Shown here: one piece after another, positions 15,938 to 25,353 of the stretch | Numbering within the stretch: the first letter of the stretch is position 1 | How the letters are laid out: every line of letters begins with the position of its first letter | IMG/VR virus record: IMGVR_UViG_2874945390_000012 | Direction: 5' to 3' (one strand) | DNA: 33,382 nt | Source of the DNA: a virus | Taxonomy: Duplodnaviria; Heunggongvirae; Uroviricota; Caudoviricetes | The notes under the pieces: model-generated | What the model saw: only the letters and a program-made list of their open reading frames with translations | What the model was told of the DNA's origin: nothing | Database searches by the model: none | Program-made: the position numbers and the translations under genes

Positions 15938-16843
15938 TTATGCCGGGGTGGTGATGTACGGGCTGTCCACGATCTTCACATCCTTGTACCAGATGTTGGA
16001 ATCGCCACCGTTAACCAGCATGGCGTCAATAATGAGCTTCGCGTCCGCACGGTTTTTCGGCCCCACCACAAGGGTGGTCGGGCGGATGCCCAGCGGCTCA
16101 CCGTTGGTGCCCTTCATGCCCCGCAGCAACTCATTGGCTTTTTTGTAGTTCTCCACCGTCAGTGCTGCATGGGAACCGACGGCGGTCTGCCAGAAGCCGA
16201 AGCCCGCATTACAGCGACCGTCCACGCCGTACAGGAACTCGTGGTTCTTGAAGGTGTGCTCGCTGTTCAGATCGTCCAGGGCTTCAAACTTAAAGGCGCG
16301 TCGCGTCTGCCAGATGATGGGTTTCAGCACCTGCGACTCATCAATCAGGAACCACGGTTCGCCCTTGTCTGATGCCGGGGTGCCGACAACGTTGCTGTAC
16401 GTACCGTCACCCAGCGGGTAGTCTTCATCAAAGAAGTTCTGGCCGTCAAAGCACAGGGTGTTAAAACCGGCACACAACAGGGCGTAACACAGCTTGTCCG
16501 GGAACACAGCAGTCATACGGCCATAGCGTTCGGCGGTAATGCTGTACTGACCAATCTGGTCATCTTCAATGTGTTCACGCTTAACGCGAATGGAACTTTC
16601 CCAGAGTTTGTTGGTGATGGTGTAACCATAACCGTCCAGCGTTGCCAGCTGACGCTCACCGACCCATTCTTTGATGTCCGGTAAATCTTTCATCCAGCCG
16701 TAAGTGTTGGAGGCGGACGAACTCGGCACCTCAGAAGCAATACGATTCCACTGCGGTTCGACACCACTCAGTCCACGGGTAAAGGCGGCGCTCAGGCAGG
16801 TGGTCAGTGCATGAAGGATTTCAGAACTGATAGTCTGTGACAT
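15938..16843 (-). CDS. Major capsid protein (Mu T-like)
   Basis: 301-aa ORF after the I-like gene; size and position match Mu T. Confidence 0.85.
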   Translation of the reverse strand: MSQTISSEILHALTTCLSAAFTRGLSGVEPQWNRIASEVPSSSASNTYGWMKDLPDIKEWVGERQLATLDGYGYTITNKLWESSIRVKREHIEDDQIGQYSITAERYGRMTAVFPDKLCYALLCAGFNTLCFDGQNFFDEDYPLGDGTYSNVVGTPASDKGEPWFLIDESQVLKPIIWQTRRAFKFEALDDLNSEHTFKNHEFLYGVDGRCNAGFGFWQTAVGSHAALTVENYKKANELLRGMKGTNGEPLGIRPTTLVVGPKNRADAKLIIDAMLVNGGDSNIWYKDVKIVDSPYITTPA

Positions 16844-16850
16844 GTGTTAC

Positions 16851-17807
16851 TTACTCCTGTTTCGGTTTAGCGGCGAGGAACTCTTCCCCGGTAATACCCA
16901 TGCTGCGACACATCGCCAGTTCGGCATCGGTCAGTGTCTGCGCGGGTTTATCCTTGCCCTGGCTGGGCTTGTCGTTGTTAACCAGCGGCTGTGCACCTTT
17001 GGTGTACTCCGCAAACTGTTTGCGGCCTTCTTCCGTGCGGCAGGTGGCAAGGAACATGTCACGGTTTGCCGGGGCGACTTTTCCGGCCCCGATGGCCGCA
17101 TCCACAAGCGCCTCGGCTTCCTTCTCTTCCAGTTGCTGAAGGCGTTTTTCTGCGGTTTCGGCACGGTTCAGTGCCAGATTGTGGGTTTCCACCGGCACAA
17201 ACTTCGTCAGGTCAGGTGTCTGTGCGCGGTTCAGCGCCACCTGTTCGTTCTCCTGAAGTTGTTTAATGGCGGCCACGGTATCGTCCACCGTGGCGGATTC
17301 AGCCAGCCCAAGCAGGCCGGTGATTTGCACAGGTACTGTCATCGGGTTTTTCTCCGTATTCAGTGCAGGAAAATCCAGGTTAGGTTTGTTGGTCAGCCCG
17401 ACGCTGGACAGGCGCGTCACCGCACCGTCTGCGTCATGGAAAAACGCCGGGCTGTAATAGCGGTAGCGGCGCTCGCTCAGCATCCACCGGGCGGACTCAC
17501 TCCAGACAACACGCCCTTCAATGGTGCCGCTGTCCGTCACCCGCAGTGCTTCCACCCAGCCATACGCCGGAGCCTCTTCACCCCGCGGGCCTTTAATTTC
17601 GGTGGCATGTTCAATGTCCACCGGAATGTTGATGTCGGACGAACGGGCAACCACCTCATGTGGATTGCGGTTCATCCACGTCCGGCCATCGCGCCCGGTG
17701 AACTCACCCGCAGGAACGAGTTCAAGCCATTCCGGCAGTTGAGCGGGTGTCAGCTCAGGGATGGGTTCTGGCAGGGAAAAACACAGCGCCAGCAGTTCCG
17801 GTTGCAT
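16851..17807 (-). CDS. Head maturation protease/scaffold (Mu I-like)
   Basis: 318-aa ORF preceding the major capsid gene; Glu/Ala-rich coiled C-terminal half typical of I/Z scaffold; GGAG SD 8 nt upstream. Confidence 0.8.
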   Translation of the reverse strand: MQPELLALCFSLPEPIPELTPAQLPEWLELVPAGEFTGRDGRTWMNRNPHEVVARSSDINIPVDIEHATEIKGPRGEEAPAYGWVEALRVTDSGTIEGRVVWSESARWMLSERRYRYYSPAFFHDADGAVTRLSSVGLTNKPNLDFPALNTEKNPMTVPVQITGLLGLAESATVDDTVAAIKQLQENEQVALNRAQTPDLTKFVPVETHNLALNRAETAEKRLQQLEEKEAEALVDAAIGAGKVAPANRDMFLATCRTEEGRKQFAEYTKGAQPLVNNDKPSQGKDKPAQTLTDAELAMCRSMGITGEEFLAAKPKQE

Positions 17808-18021
17808 GTCAGTCTCCGTCGTCTGGGGTTACCGACGGTCAGTATGCGGAAGGCAGAAAAAAAGCCGGATTTACCGGCTTCACTGAAAACGGGGAAATAC
17901 CCCCTTCAAAACCCCTTCAAAAACGCCACAGACGCTTCAAAAAAGCCAGGGTGTACATTCATGCTATCAGAATAAAAAACGCGTTTCTGATGCGTTTCAG
18001 GGGTATTTACGGCGGGGTGGG
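17808..18021. promoter_or_regulatory. Central 214-bp non-coding island between F and I: terminators, repeats and the I-operon leader; candidate strong gyrase site
   Basis: No ORF in operon sense. Contains a terminator hairpin AAGCCGG-taaat-CCGGCTT plus T7 at 17857-17885, tandem TTTTGAAGGGG repeats, an AAACGCGTTT palindrome plus T-run, and a GGGGtatttCCCC hairpin. Confidence 0.6.
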
Positions 18022-18786
18022 TTATTCACTGTTAAAACGGGCCTGTCTGGCCGCCAGCTGGCGCGCCAGCTCCTGCTCACGGTTTATACCGGGATTGTAG
18101 TTCCAGCCCGGATCAATCCCTTCCGGCACATCTTCCTCTTCGCCCGTGCGTTTGTTCACCCAGCGGACAGTTCTGATTTCCGGCGCTTCGGTGTGAATGG
18201 TGCCCTGTGCCGCCAGTTGCGCATACTCACCACGGCTGACCTGACGGATGGTGCATTTGCAGCCCCAGCCGTTAGGGGCAAAATGCGTCTGCCAGAACGG
18301 ATGATCTACCGGCAGACACAGACGCGCCCATTTCACATGCTCCACCCGGTGCTCACGGGATGGCCCCAGCTCGTACATCAGATACGGCATGGCCTGCTTT
18401 GTCCGCTGAATGCGTTCCCACTGGCCCGCCGCGCGGGCGGTGCGCATGTTGGTATCAAAAATCGTGCGGAGGCGGCGGTCGCTGCCCAGTTGCACGGTGC
18501 GGGTTTCACCCGTCAGCGGATCATCCATCTCCTGTACGCCCCACCATCCGCGTTTTATCAGCAACGGTTGCAGCATCTCCCGGAACTCGCTGAACGTCTG
18601 CCCGCTTTGCAGGGCGTCTTCCACAAGGGCTTTCACATCCGACAACAAATCCAGTTGCAGCATTCTGGCCACGGGGAAGCTGTACCGGTGCTCTTCCCGC
18701 CACACATCCCGGTAATCAAAACCGGGACGCAGCTTCTTCGCCTTCAGCCACGCCAGCGCCTCTTTCGGGATGAGGGTTTCACGCAT
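18022..18786 (-). CDS. Head morphogenesis protein (Mu F-like)
   Basis: ORF starting at MRETLIPKEALAWLKAKK..., overlapping the portal stop; position after the portal as in Mu. Confidence 0.75.
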   Translation of the reverse strand: MRETLIPKEALAWLKAKKLRPGFDYRDVWREEHRYSFPVARMLQLDLLSDVKALVEDALQSGQTFSEFREMLQPLLIKRGWWGVQEMDDPLTGETRTVQLGSDRRLRTIFDTNMRTARAAGQWERIQRTKQAMPYLMYELGPSREHRVEHVKWARLCLPVDHPFWQTHFAPNGWGCKCTIRQVSRGEYAQLAAQGTIHTEAPEIRTVRWVNKRTGEEEDVPEGIDPGWNYNPGINREQELARQLAARQARFNSE

Positions 18787-20350
18787 GAGCAGTGTCTCCC
18801 AGCGCACGCGCCTTAAAGCACACCTCCGCCAGTTGCAGGGCAAAGTCGTCCGCGTTCAGCGTTTCCTGAAGCTCAGGCAGGCGTTTCAGAAAGTCATCAA
18901 AACTGTCGCACTCCTGCGCCAGTGTCAGCACCGGGTTCGTGAACGCCTCGCCGGTTTTCTGCCAGTCACGCAGGGCATCATCCACCATCTGTGCCAGTTC
19001 GTCGGGGTGTTCCCTGTTCAGGGCGACGCGCTCGCGGTTCATCGCCATATCACCCGGCATCCCGGCGGAAACCGGATGCAGAACATCAGCCCCTTCGTCT
19101 GGCTCAGCCAGGCCGAACCGGTCCCGCAGCTCCGATTCCTGAACCCGCATCCCCCGGTCAATCAGCGGCACCAGAGCATCCGTCAGCGCCTTCAGATCTT
19201 CGGCTTCACTGATACGCAGAACAACACGGGGGTAGTGCGCCTGTGGCCCGTAGTTGGCCTCGATGTAGGGCCGCACCAGATATTCATTCAGCGTGTTAGC
19301 CAGCTGTCGCGCGTCCCAGCGCACAATGTCCATGCGCACCTGATTGTGCACGTCCGCCTGTGAACGCGAACTGCCGTTATCCGTGGTCATGGTCTGCCCC
19401 AGCACAGCCTTACTGATTTGCGCATCGCACCATTCCGCCATTTCACGGAACAGTGCGCCGCCGTTATTCCGGCTAGCGGTTTCCTGCATCTCCAGTTGCA
19501 TGGACTGCGGAATGGCACACCCGGCATCCGAGGCAATGGAGGCAATCGCATCAATCAGCACGCGGATTTGCTCCTCCGTGGCGTTGGGACCGTATTTCCC
19601 CACCGTAACCGGAATGCCGAATTTTTCCGCAAATGCCCACCAGTCGCGCACGGTAAAGGATTTCAGCATGTACATCACAGCCACCAGACGGGCCAGACCG
19701 TTACGCAGCGGCAGACCGGATTTCAGACGCGGCTGGTGAACAATGAATTTTCCCGGTGTCAGCGGTACGCCATCCACCGGTTCATCGTCCGTCAGCAGGC
19801 GGAACTGGCGCAGCGTGGGCTTTTCGGCTTTCAGAAAACGGGGATCAACCCACTCATAATCACGGGGCATCCAGTGGTTGTTGCGGGTGTCCCACAGGAT
19901 TTCACAGACCGCCACGCCTTTTCCCAGCCCGTCGAGCAAATCAAACATCAGTTCGGGGATTTGCGGGGCTTCCATCAGCGCACGGATGGCGTCCGCCAGC
20001 TGCACGTCGGCATCGTCATCACTGGCGGCCACCACCACCGGTTCGATACCTGCCACTGTCAGCTTGCGGGTGCGCAGCACCGAGGCGTAATGCAAATCAC
20101 GTTCTTCCATCTCTTCGGCAAGGATAAAAAAATCACGCGTGATGCCGTCGGCGGCATTGCGCAGAATGCCTGCCAGCCTGCCGGGGTTCAGCCCGGAGGC
20201 GACGCTGATACCCGGCGAGGTCGGACGCACACCGGCATGACGCGGACGGGCCTGTGCTTCGTTGAGCGCCTCTTTTTTCAGCGTGTCTTCCTCACCGGTT
20301 GCCGGATTCAGCAGACGGCGAACGGCCCCGGCCAGTTGTTTCAGGTTCAC
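18779..20350 (-). CDS. Portal protein (Mu gp29/H-like)
   Basis: 523-aa ORF immediately after the terminase large subunit gene. Confidence 0.85.
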   Translation of the reverse strand: MNLKQLAGAVRRLLNPATGEEDTLKKEALNEAQARPRHAGVRPTSPGISVASGLNPGRLAGILRNAADGITRDFFILAEEMEERDLHYASVLRTRKLTVAGIEPVVVAASDDDADVQLADAIRALMEAPQIPELMFDLLDGLGKGVAVCEILWDTRNNHWMPRDYEWVDPRFLKAEKPTLRQFRLLTDDEPVDGVPLTPGKFIVHQPRLKSGLPLRNGLARLVAVMYMLKSFTVRDWWAFAEKFGIPVTVGKYGPNATEEQIRVLIDAIASIASDAGCAIPQSMQLEMQETASRNNGGALFREMAEWCDAQISKAVLGQTMTTDNGSSRSQADVHNQVRMDIVRWDARQLANTLNEYLVRPYIEANYGPQAHYPRVVLRISEAEDLKALTDALVPLIDRGMRVQESELRDRFGLAEPDEGADVLHPVSAGMPGDMAMNRERVALNREHPDELAQMVDDALRDWQKTGEAFTNPVLTLAQECDSFDDFLKRLPELQETLNADDFALQLAEVCFKARALGDTAHA

Positions 20351-21882
20351 AGTAAACCTCCCTCATTTTTCAGGCCGCGTGTCAGCTTCATCTGGCGGCG
20401 CGCGTTGCCTTCTTCCGGTTTCGCCGGGCGGTTCAGGCGGTGCAGCTCGTAACGGTGGCAGTCATCTTTACTGGCAAGGAAGCCCAGGAAAATAGCCACA
20501 GCGGCGTCGCCGTGACGCTTGCGGCCATCACTGCCTTTAGTACGGGCATCGTCAATACCGGGAACGCCACGCAGTAACTGAATGGCCCCGAGGTCATTGA
20601 TCACATCTTCATGCTTCGGAAGGATCAGCTCATCATCTTCAAACGCCGCACGGAAACGGGGCATGTTTTCGCGGTAGAACGCCACGGACAGCATCACCTG
20701 TTCCACCTCGTCGCCGTATCGTTCTGCCGCCTGTTCTGCCAGATACTGACCATTACCCCGCGCATCCATTTTGATACCGTCACGACGGGGCAGACGATCG
20801 CAAAGCCAGAACAGCACCTGCTCCTGCTGTTTAAACGGCACATTGGCAAGCTCAACCAGAAACGGCACCTCGCGGGTGGTGTCGTCGTTCACCGTCACCG
20901 GGGCCAGCACGGTCAGGTCACCCGAACGCGCAAAGTCTTCCCCCAGACAGTGGCGCAGATTCTTCGGGAGTTTTTCCAGCTCAGGGCGCACCACCGTTTC
21001 CAGCCATTCCCTGATCTCTGCCCGGCGCTGGCCTTCCGTCAGTGCGTTAAATTCCGGTGTGCCGGTAAAGCGCAACACTTTTCCGGTGCCACGGGCCGCA
21101 CGTTCACGCAGTGAGCGGGGGATATACGTGCCGCCGCCGTTTTTCGGGACGCAGTAATACTCCTCCAGCGCATCTTCGCGGGTGGCGGTATTTCGCAGCA
21201 GGCCTTCTTTCCATTCCACCTCGGCTTCCGGTGACCACACCATGCCGCGCACCTGACAGATACGCCGGTACAGCCCGTCATTACAGGCGTCATCCAGCGT
21301 GATGGTGTGAATACGGTAATCTTTTTTGCCCGCGCGGCTTTCCTGAATCAGCTGGTTAAACGGGTTGTCCACGCCGTCATGGGTGGAGATAAGGCGAACC
21401 TTACCGCCCCACGTGGTCAGTGGTGTGACCGCCTTGAGTACCTCATCCAGCTTTTCATGAAACGCCGCTTCGTCGATGGTGGCATTCCCCTGCATCCCGC
21501 GAATGTTGCCCGGATTACTGGACAGCGCCTTGACCTTAAATCCGCTGGCGAAGTACACGACGAACGTCAGAATGTCCTTGTCTTCGTCGGTGATCACTTC
21601 CTCGCGGATTTCTTCCGCGGCTGCATTAAACGCTTTTGCCCACATCGCCACGGCGTCGATAAATTCGCGGGCCATCTCCTTGTTCGAACCGATGTAAAAG
21701 TGATCGCGCCCGCCGTTTTCCTTCTTCAGTGATGCGGTCAGTGCCGCATCTGCCGCTTCCGCCCAGGTTAAACCGGTACGGCGGGATTTTTCGGCGATTT
21801 TCAGTTTTGAATCATCCGCCACCCAGCGTTTCTGATACGGCAGCAGAACATCGGATTCACTGAATGCGTTCATCTGTGTCAT
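20347..21882 (-). CDS. Terminase large subunit (Mu gp28-like)
   Basis: 511-aa ORF; size and position typical; overlaps neighbours by 4 nt. Confidence 0.85.
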   Translation of the reverse strand: MTQMNAFSESDVLLPYQKRWVADDSKLKIAEKSRRTGLTWAEAADAALTASLKKENGGRDHFYIGSNKEMAREFIDAVAMWAKAFNAAAEEIREEVITDEDKDILTFVVYFASGFKVKALSSNPGNIRGMQGNATIDEAAFHEKLDEVLKAVTPLTTWGGKVRLISTHDGVDNPFNQLIQESRAGKKDYRIHTITLDDACNDGLYRRICQVRGMVWSPEAEVEWKEGLLRNTATREDALEEYYCVPKNGGGTYIPRSLRERAARGTGKVLRFTGTPEFNALTEGQRRAEIREWLETVVRPELEKLPKNLRHCLGEDFARSGDLTVLAPVTVNDDTTREVPFLVELANVPFKQQEQVLFWLCDRLPRRDGIKMDARGNGQYLAEQAAERYGDEVEQVMLSVAFYRENMPRFRAAFEDDELILPKHEDVINDLGAIQLLRGVPGIDDARTKGSDGRKRHGDAAVAIFLGFLASKDDCHRYELHRLNRPAKPEEGNARRQMKLTRGLKNEGGLL

Positions 21883-22460
21883 ACACTAATCCCCAGAATT
21901 TCACGTTTGATGGTGTCAGCCGCACCGCCTGACAGACCGCCCGCTCTGACCAGCTCTTCGGTTTTCTCTGCCATTTCCTGCGCAAACGCATCGCGGATTG
22001 CTTTTTCGCGTTTATGGCTGGTCATGGCTGCCGCTTCCAGACGCTGGGCAACCAGCGCCAGTTGCCCCAGCGCCTTCGGTGCAACAGGTTTGTCGTCTTC
22101 TGTCATCGACATGGACGTTTCAAAGGCCAGCGTTTTTACAAACTCCATCAGCAGCCTGCCGACGTCTGACGTCGGCGCGGAACCCAGCTTTGCCGCCCAG
22201 ACTTCGGCCATTTCGCGGGAGGCACGGATTTTTGCCCCGACTTTTTCCATGCGGCTGGCATAGCGGTTTAAGCCCGTCCGGCTTAACTGCATCTCCCCCG
22301 GCAGGTTGTGTTCGTCAATCAGGGCATTGATGGCTTCGCGGATTTCTTCCTGCGTGTGCCGCTTTTCCCGCAGCATCTGGTGTAACTGCTCACGGATGCT
22401 GTCCGGGAGTAAATCCACTTTGGAAAGACGGCCACGGGTGGGGCGTTGTTCATTTTCCAT
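21879..22460 (-). CDS. Putative terminase small subunit (Mu gp27-like)
   Basis: 193-aa ORF immediately upstream of the large terminase gene; basic N-terminus. Confidence 0.6.
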   Translation of the reverse strand: MENEQRPTRGRLSKVDLLPDSIREQLHQMLREKRHTQEEIREAINALIDEHNLPGEMQLSRTGLNRYASRMEKVGAKIRASREMAEVWAAKLGSAPTSDVGRLLMEFVKTLAFETSMSMTEDDKPVAPKALGQLALVAQRLEAAAMTSHKREKAIRDAFAQEMAEKTEELVRAGGLSGGAADTIKREILGISV

Positions 22461-22737
22461 CTTCTGTCCTCTGTGTTTTCAGACCGGCGTATATTTCTTC
22501 ACGAACGGACTGAATATCCTTACCTGGCAGCTTCCACAGCCGCGCATATGCCGGTGATGAACGCAGGGCACGTTTCACGGGGGTATCCGGTGCATCCGGG
22601 TTCCAGGGCTTTCCGGTCTGTTGTTCGTATGCACGGACAATGGTGTTTTGCTCGATATCTGCCAGCACAAGGCAGTACGCCAGCTGCCGCACGACGGCCC
22701 GTTCTCCACGACTTAACGGCTTCAGTTTTCGGGCCAT
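22450..22737 (-). CDS. Hypothetical protein (Mu gp26-like by position)
   Basis: 95-aa ORF in operon context. Confidence 0.45.
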   Translation of the reverse strand: MARKLKPLSRGERAVVRQLAYCLVLADIEQNTIVRAYEQQTGKPWNPDAPDTPVKRALRSSPAYARLWKLPGKDIQSVREEIYAGLKTQRTEDGK

Positions 22738-22739
22738 GT

Positions 22740-23033
22740 TCAGTCCCTCGCACGGTTTTTTTTAACGCCCGGCACACCGGACAGGCCGTTTGCCACATCC
22801 TCGCCGCTGCCGGTGATTTCAGCCACGTAACAGCCGCCCACATCAGACAGACGAACCAGCCCCTGCTCGCGCAGCCATGCAAGCTGGGTGCGCACCACAT
22901 CACGGGATACCTTATGACCGTAGGCCTGAAGGCAGGTCTGCAACACGGATTCATTCGCGCTGTCGCCACAGTCCAGCAGGGAACGCAGCAACACCAGACG
23001 ACGGTCTTCAGTGAGGATCTCTTTCATCGCCAT
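22740..23033 (-). CDS. Hypothetical protein, possible winged-helix
   Basis: 97-aa ORF in operon context. Confidence 0.45.
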   Translation of the reverse strand: MAMKEILTEDRRLVLLRSLLDCGDSANESVLQTCLQAYGHKVSRDVVRTQLAWLREQGLVRLSDVGGCYVAEITGSGEDVANGLSGVPGVKKNRARD

Positions 23034-23338
23034 TATTTTTTTTCCTTTAATTCGTTCTCTAATAACAAATCGCTGATGCGGGATACCTGGCGGATGGATG
23101 GCCCCAGCTCTTTGATTTCACCCCGCAGGTTGCTGATATCCAGTTGCAGGCGGTGAAATTCATTGCGGTCGGGTAGCTGATTCACCAGGCCTTCCATCAC
23201 CGACACGCGGGAACGCAGCGAATCAAACTCTTCGCGTTTGACGTAAGTCTTCGCCAGAATCAGCTGAATCAGGTTTATTGCTGTCATCAACAGCGCCCAT
23301 AAAACAGGCCAGTTGGCCCGGATCACTTCCCAGGACAC
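23033..23338 (-). CDS. Membrane-anchored coiled-coil protein (i-spanin-like / DUF2730-like)
   Basis: N-terminal hydrophobic helix (WPVLWALLMTAINLIQLIL) followed by a coiled-coil-like region; lies in the lysis gene cluster. Confidence 0.5.
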   Translation of the reverse strand: MSWEVIRANWPVLWALLMTAINLIQLILAKTYVKREEFDSLRSRVSVMEGLVNQLPDRNEFHRLQLDISNLRGEIKELGPSIRQVSRISDLLLENELKEKK

Positions 23339-23550
23339 GTCTTCCTCCTGCGTTCCCGCGCCTGCTGGCAGTCAATACAGGTCACCACATCCGGCAGTAC
23401 CGCAATGCGCTGTGCCGGAATAACGTTACCGCAGTCATTGCAGAAGCCCCGACTGTGGGGTGCTTCTTTTATCCGCATCAGCCAGGCGTTAACGACGTCC
23501 TGACGTTCGTTTAAAACCACTTCACTGATGCGGTCGGTTTCATCGGTCAT
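23323..23550 (-). CDS. TraR/DksA-family C4 zinc-finger protein
   Basis: CNDCGNVIP...CIDCQ C4 motif near the C-terminus; 75 aa. Confidence 0.7.
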   Translation of the reverse strand: MTDETDRISEVVLNERQDVVNAWLMRIKEAPHSRGFCNDCGNVIPAQRIAVLPDVVTCIDCQQARERRRKTCPGK

Positions 23551-24155
23551 TTCGGCCCCGCTGATATTTTGTGACAGCTCGATTTGCTGTAACGGGCAAA
23601 GCCGTCAAGGGTTCTTACCCCGAGATAGCCCAGCGCCGGGGTAAACAACATCAGCGTGATATCCCAGTCCGGTGACGGCATATGCAGCGTGATACCGTTC
23701 GCACCGGCAACCGCACCGGCAATCTGGCCACAGGAGAGCAACAGCACATAGGCCAGACTGCTGTAACAGGACAGACGGGCCAGCAACGGGCGCGTCTGGC
23801 GCACATAGCTGTCCGTGGCGTTGTCACCGTTGCGGATGGTTTCCTGTTGTTCGTGGTGAGCGGCCTGCTGGTCAGCCAGCACCAGCTTCTGCCGCTCCAC
23901 CTCCAGCTGTTGCAGCTGGACTTTCAGGGTTTCCAGCTGCACCAGTTGCTCCGGTGACAGCATCACCAGTTTTTGTTCCAGAATGCGTTGCTGTTCAGCC
24001 ACCGGCAGGCTTTCCCGGACGCTTTCCACCATACCGGCCACCGAGTCAGCGGCGGCAGATGTGCTGCCACCAAACCAGCGCCCGACGGAACGAATCAGCC
24101 CCGGCCCGGCTTTCAGCAGAACGGAGGCGATGCCTGAAAGGGTTAACGGGTCCAT
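23547..24155 (-). CDS. Putative holin-like membrane protein (soluble coiled N-terminal part, hydrophobic C-terminal helices)
   Basis: 202-aa ORF; C-terminal hydrophobic segments (LLARLSCYSSLAYVLLLSCGQIAGAVAG; ITLMLFTPALGYLGV). Confidence 0.45.
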   Translation of the reverse strand: MDPLTLSGIASVLLKAGPGLIRSVGRWFGGSTSAAADSVAGMVESVRESLPVAEQQRILEQKLVMLSPEQLVQLETLKVQLQQLEVERQKLVLADQQAAHHEQQETIRNGDNATDSYVRQTRPLLARLSCYSSLAYVLLLSCGQIAGAVAGANGITLHMPSPDWDITLMLFTPALGYLGVRTLDGFARYSKSSCHKISAGPK

Positions 24156-24553
24156 GAATCCCCCTTATGAAAACGGCGCTGATGTTTATAAAGTGCCGCA
24201 CAAAAGATACCGCCCAGCCAGAACGCCAGCTGATAAGGCTCCTTCAGATAAAGAAGGCCGAATGTCAGCATGAAAAAACCAACGGCCCAGACCACCCATG
24301 ACCACACGACAATTCGAAGGGAGGCGGCCCGGAAACGCCTTTTGGGTTGCAGGCGATAAGGTACGTTGCCCAGCTGGAAACTGTGAATCAGGCAGAGTGT
24401 CGCGCCGTATGCCAGCACCATGACTCCAAACGCCTGCCATCCGGCAAAACAGCTCGCCAGAAAAAGGACTGCCGACAGCCCCAGAAACGACCACTGGCAC
24501 AACATAAAGCGGGAGTAAATAACGCGAACAAAAAGACTATTCATTCTGTACAT
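24143..24553 (-). CDS. Integral membrane protein (3-4 TM helices), lysis-associated candidate
   Basis: Starts at MYRMNSLF...; strongly hydrophobic segments; directly downstream of the endolysin region. Confidence 0.5.
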   Translation of the reverse strand: MYRMNSLFVRVIYSRFMLCQWSFLGLSAVLFLASCFAGWQAFGVMVLAYGATLCLIHSFQLGNVPYRLQPKRRFRAASLRIVVWSWVVWAVGFFMLTFGLLYLKEPYQLAFWLGGIFCAALYKHQRRFHKGDSWTR

Positions 24554-24764
24554 TGAGTTTTTCCTTGTACTTCTGGCACTGCCAGAAAATGTCCCGTGTA
24601 TCCACGGTGTTCCAGCCACGCATGTAGTGGCTGGCGTGTGTGCCGTCATGACCGGTATAGTCCAGCGGTTTCGGGGGCGGACCTCCGGCCATACGATGTA
24701 AAACCTCCTGACGCAGGCGGTCACGCCGCCCGGCTCTCAGCAAGGCATCCCAGCCTTTGCCCAT
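24537..24764 (-). CDS. Small hypothetical protein between the endolysin and the membrane protein
   Basis: 75-aa ORF starting 2 nt after the endolysin stop. Confidence 0.3.
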   Translation of the reverse strand: MGKGWDALLRAGRRDRLRQEVLHRMAGGPPPKPLDYTGHDGTHASHYMRGWNTVDTRDIFWQCQKYKEKLNVQNE

Positions 24765-24765
24765 A

Positions 24766-25353
24766 TCATCCCCGCGTGACGGACGACACGTTGTCGATAA
24801 TTTCCAGACAGGCGTCGGTCACTTTCTCCATGCGGTTAAACCAGCCGTTCAGGTATTTGCCCTGGGCAGGTTTGGATTTGATGATGTCGGCATAAAAGCG
24901 GGAACGACGGACAATGCAGCGGGTCAGCAACCAGTCCGGGGTGGACAGGCTCACTGCCTTACGGGTACGCGGACCGATGATGCCGTCAGCATCCACATCA
25001 GCGGCTTCCTGCAAAATCCTGATAGCTTTTTTAACGCCATGCTGAACCGCCGCATCGAACACAAACATCGCCACGCCATCAGGCCACTGGTCACATCCGG
25101 CAGGCAGCCAGTAATCGCGCCAGTAAATCTGCGCGACCTGTTCGCGGGTTAAATCCCTGATGCGGGTATCCGGTTTACCGTCGCCGCTGACATCGGTTTT
25201 GCCGTCAATCACACCGTCGCGGCGGTCAGAAATGCCGTATCTGGTTTCGCCGCCACGGTCAGTGGGGTCATTGACATAGACGCCTTCGATATCGGGACGC
25301 AGAATAAAATTCAGCGCATGTTCAAAGGCCGGGGAGAATTTCAGATTTTCCAT
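24766..25353 (-). CDS. Endolysin, GH108-type muramidase with a C-terminal peptidoglycan-binding domain
   Basis: Motifs TDRGGETRYGI and DGIIGPRTR; 195 aa; first gene after the Mor/C gene and terminator; SD AGGTG upstream. Confidence 0.8.
   Translation of the reverse strand: MENLKFSPAFEHALNFILRPDIEGVYVNDPTDRGGETRYGISDRRDGVIDGKTDVSGDGKPDTRIRDLTREQVAQIYWRDYWLPAGCDQWPDGVAMFVFDAAVQHGVKKAIRILQEAADVDADGIIGPRTRKAVSLSTPDWLLTRCIVRRSRFYADIIKSKPAQGKYLNGWFNRMEKVTDACLEIIDNVSSVTRG

Noticed and set aside
17857-17885. Duplicated hairpin elements as ends of an inserted IS or MITE
   Set aside because: The two copies are in direct orientation 7.5 kb apart, each at an operon boundary, with hairpin plus T-run terminator architecture; no transposase lies between them beyond normal phage genes.
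16842-17975. 377-aa + strand ORF
   Set aside because: Entirely antisense to the I-like gene and the central intergenic island; Arg/Cys-rich low-complexity translation, no SD, and it breaks the coherent minus-strand operon order. Typical spurious antisense ORF in GC-rich phage DNA.
19418-20452. 344-aa + strand ORF
   Set aside because: Antisense to the portal gene; Arg/His/Gly-rich composition, no independent support.
22446-23156. 236-aa + strand ORF
   Set aside because: Antisense to three small minus-strand genes in the lysis-terminase region; low-complexity translation.
24537-24764. Small 75-aa ORF as a confident lysis gene
   Set aside because: Not rejected as an ORF (kept at low confidence), but a specific spanin or antiholin call is not justified: no signal peptide, lipobox or TM segment is evident.
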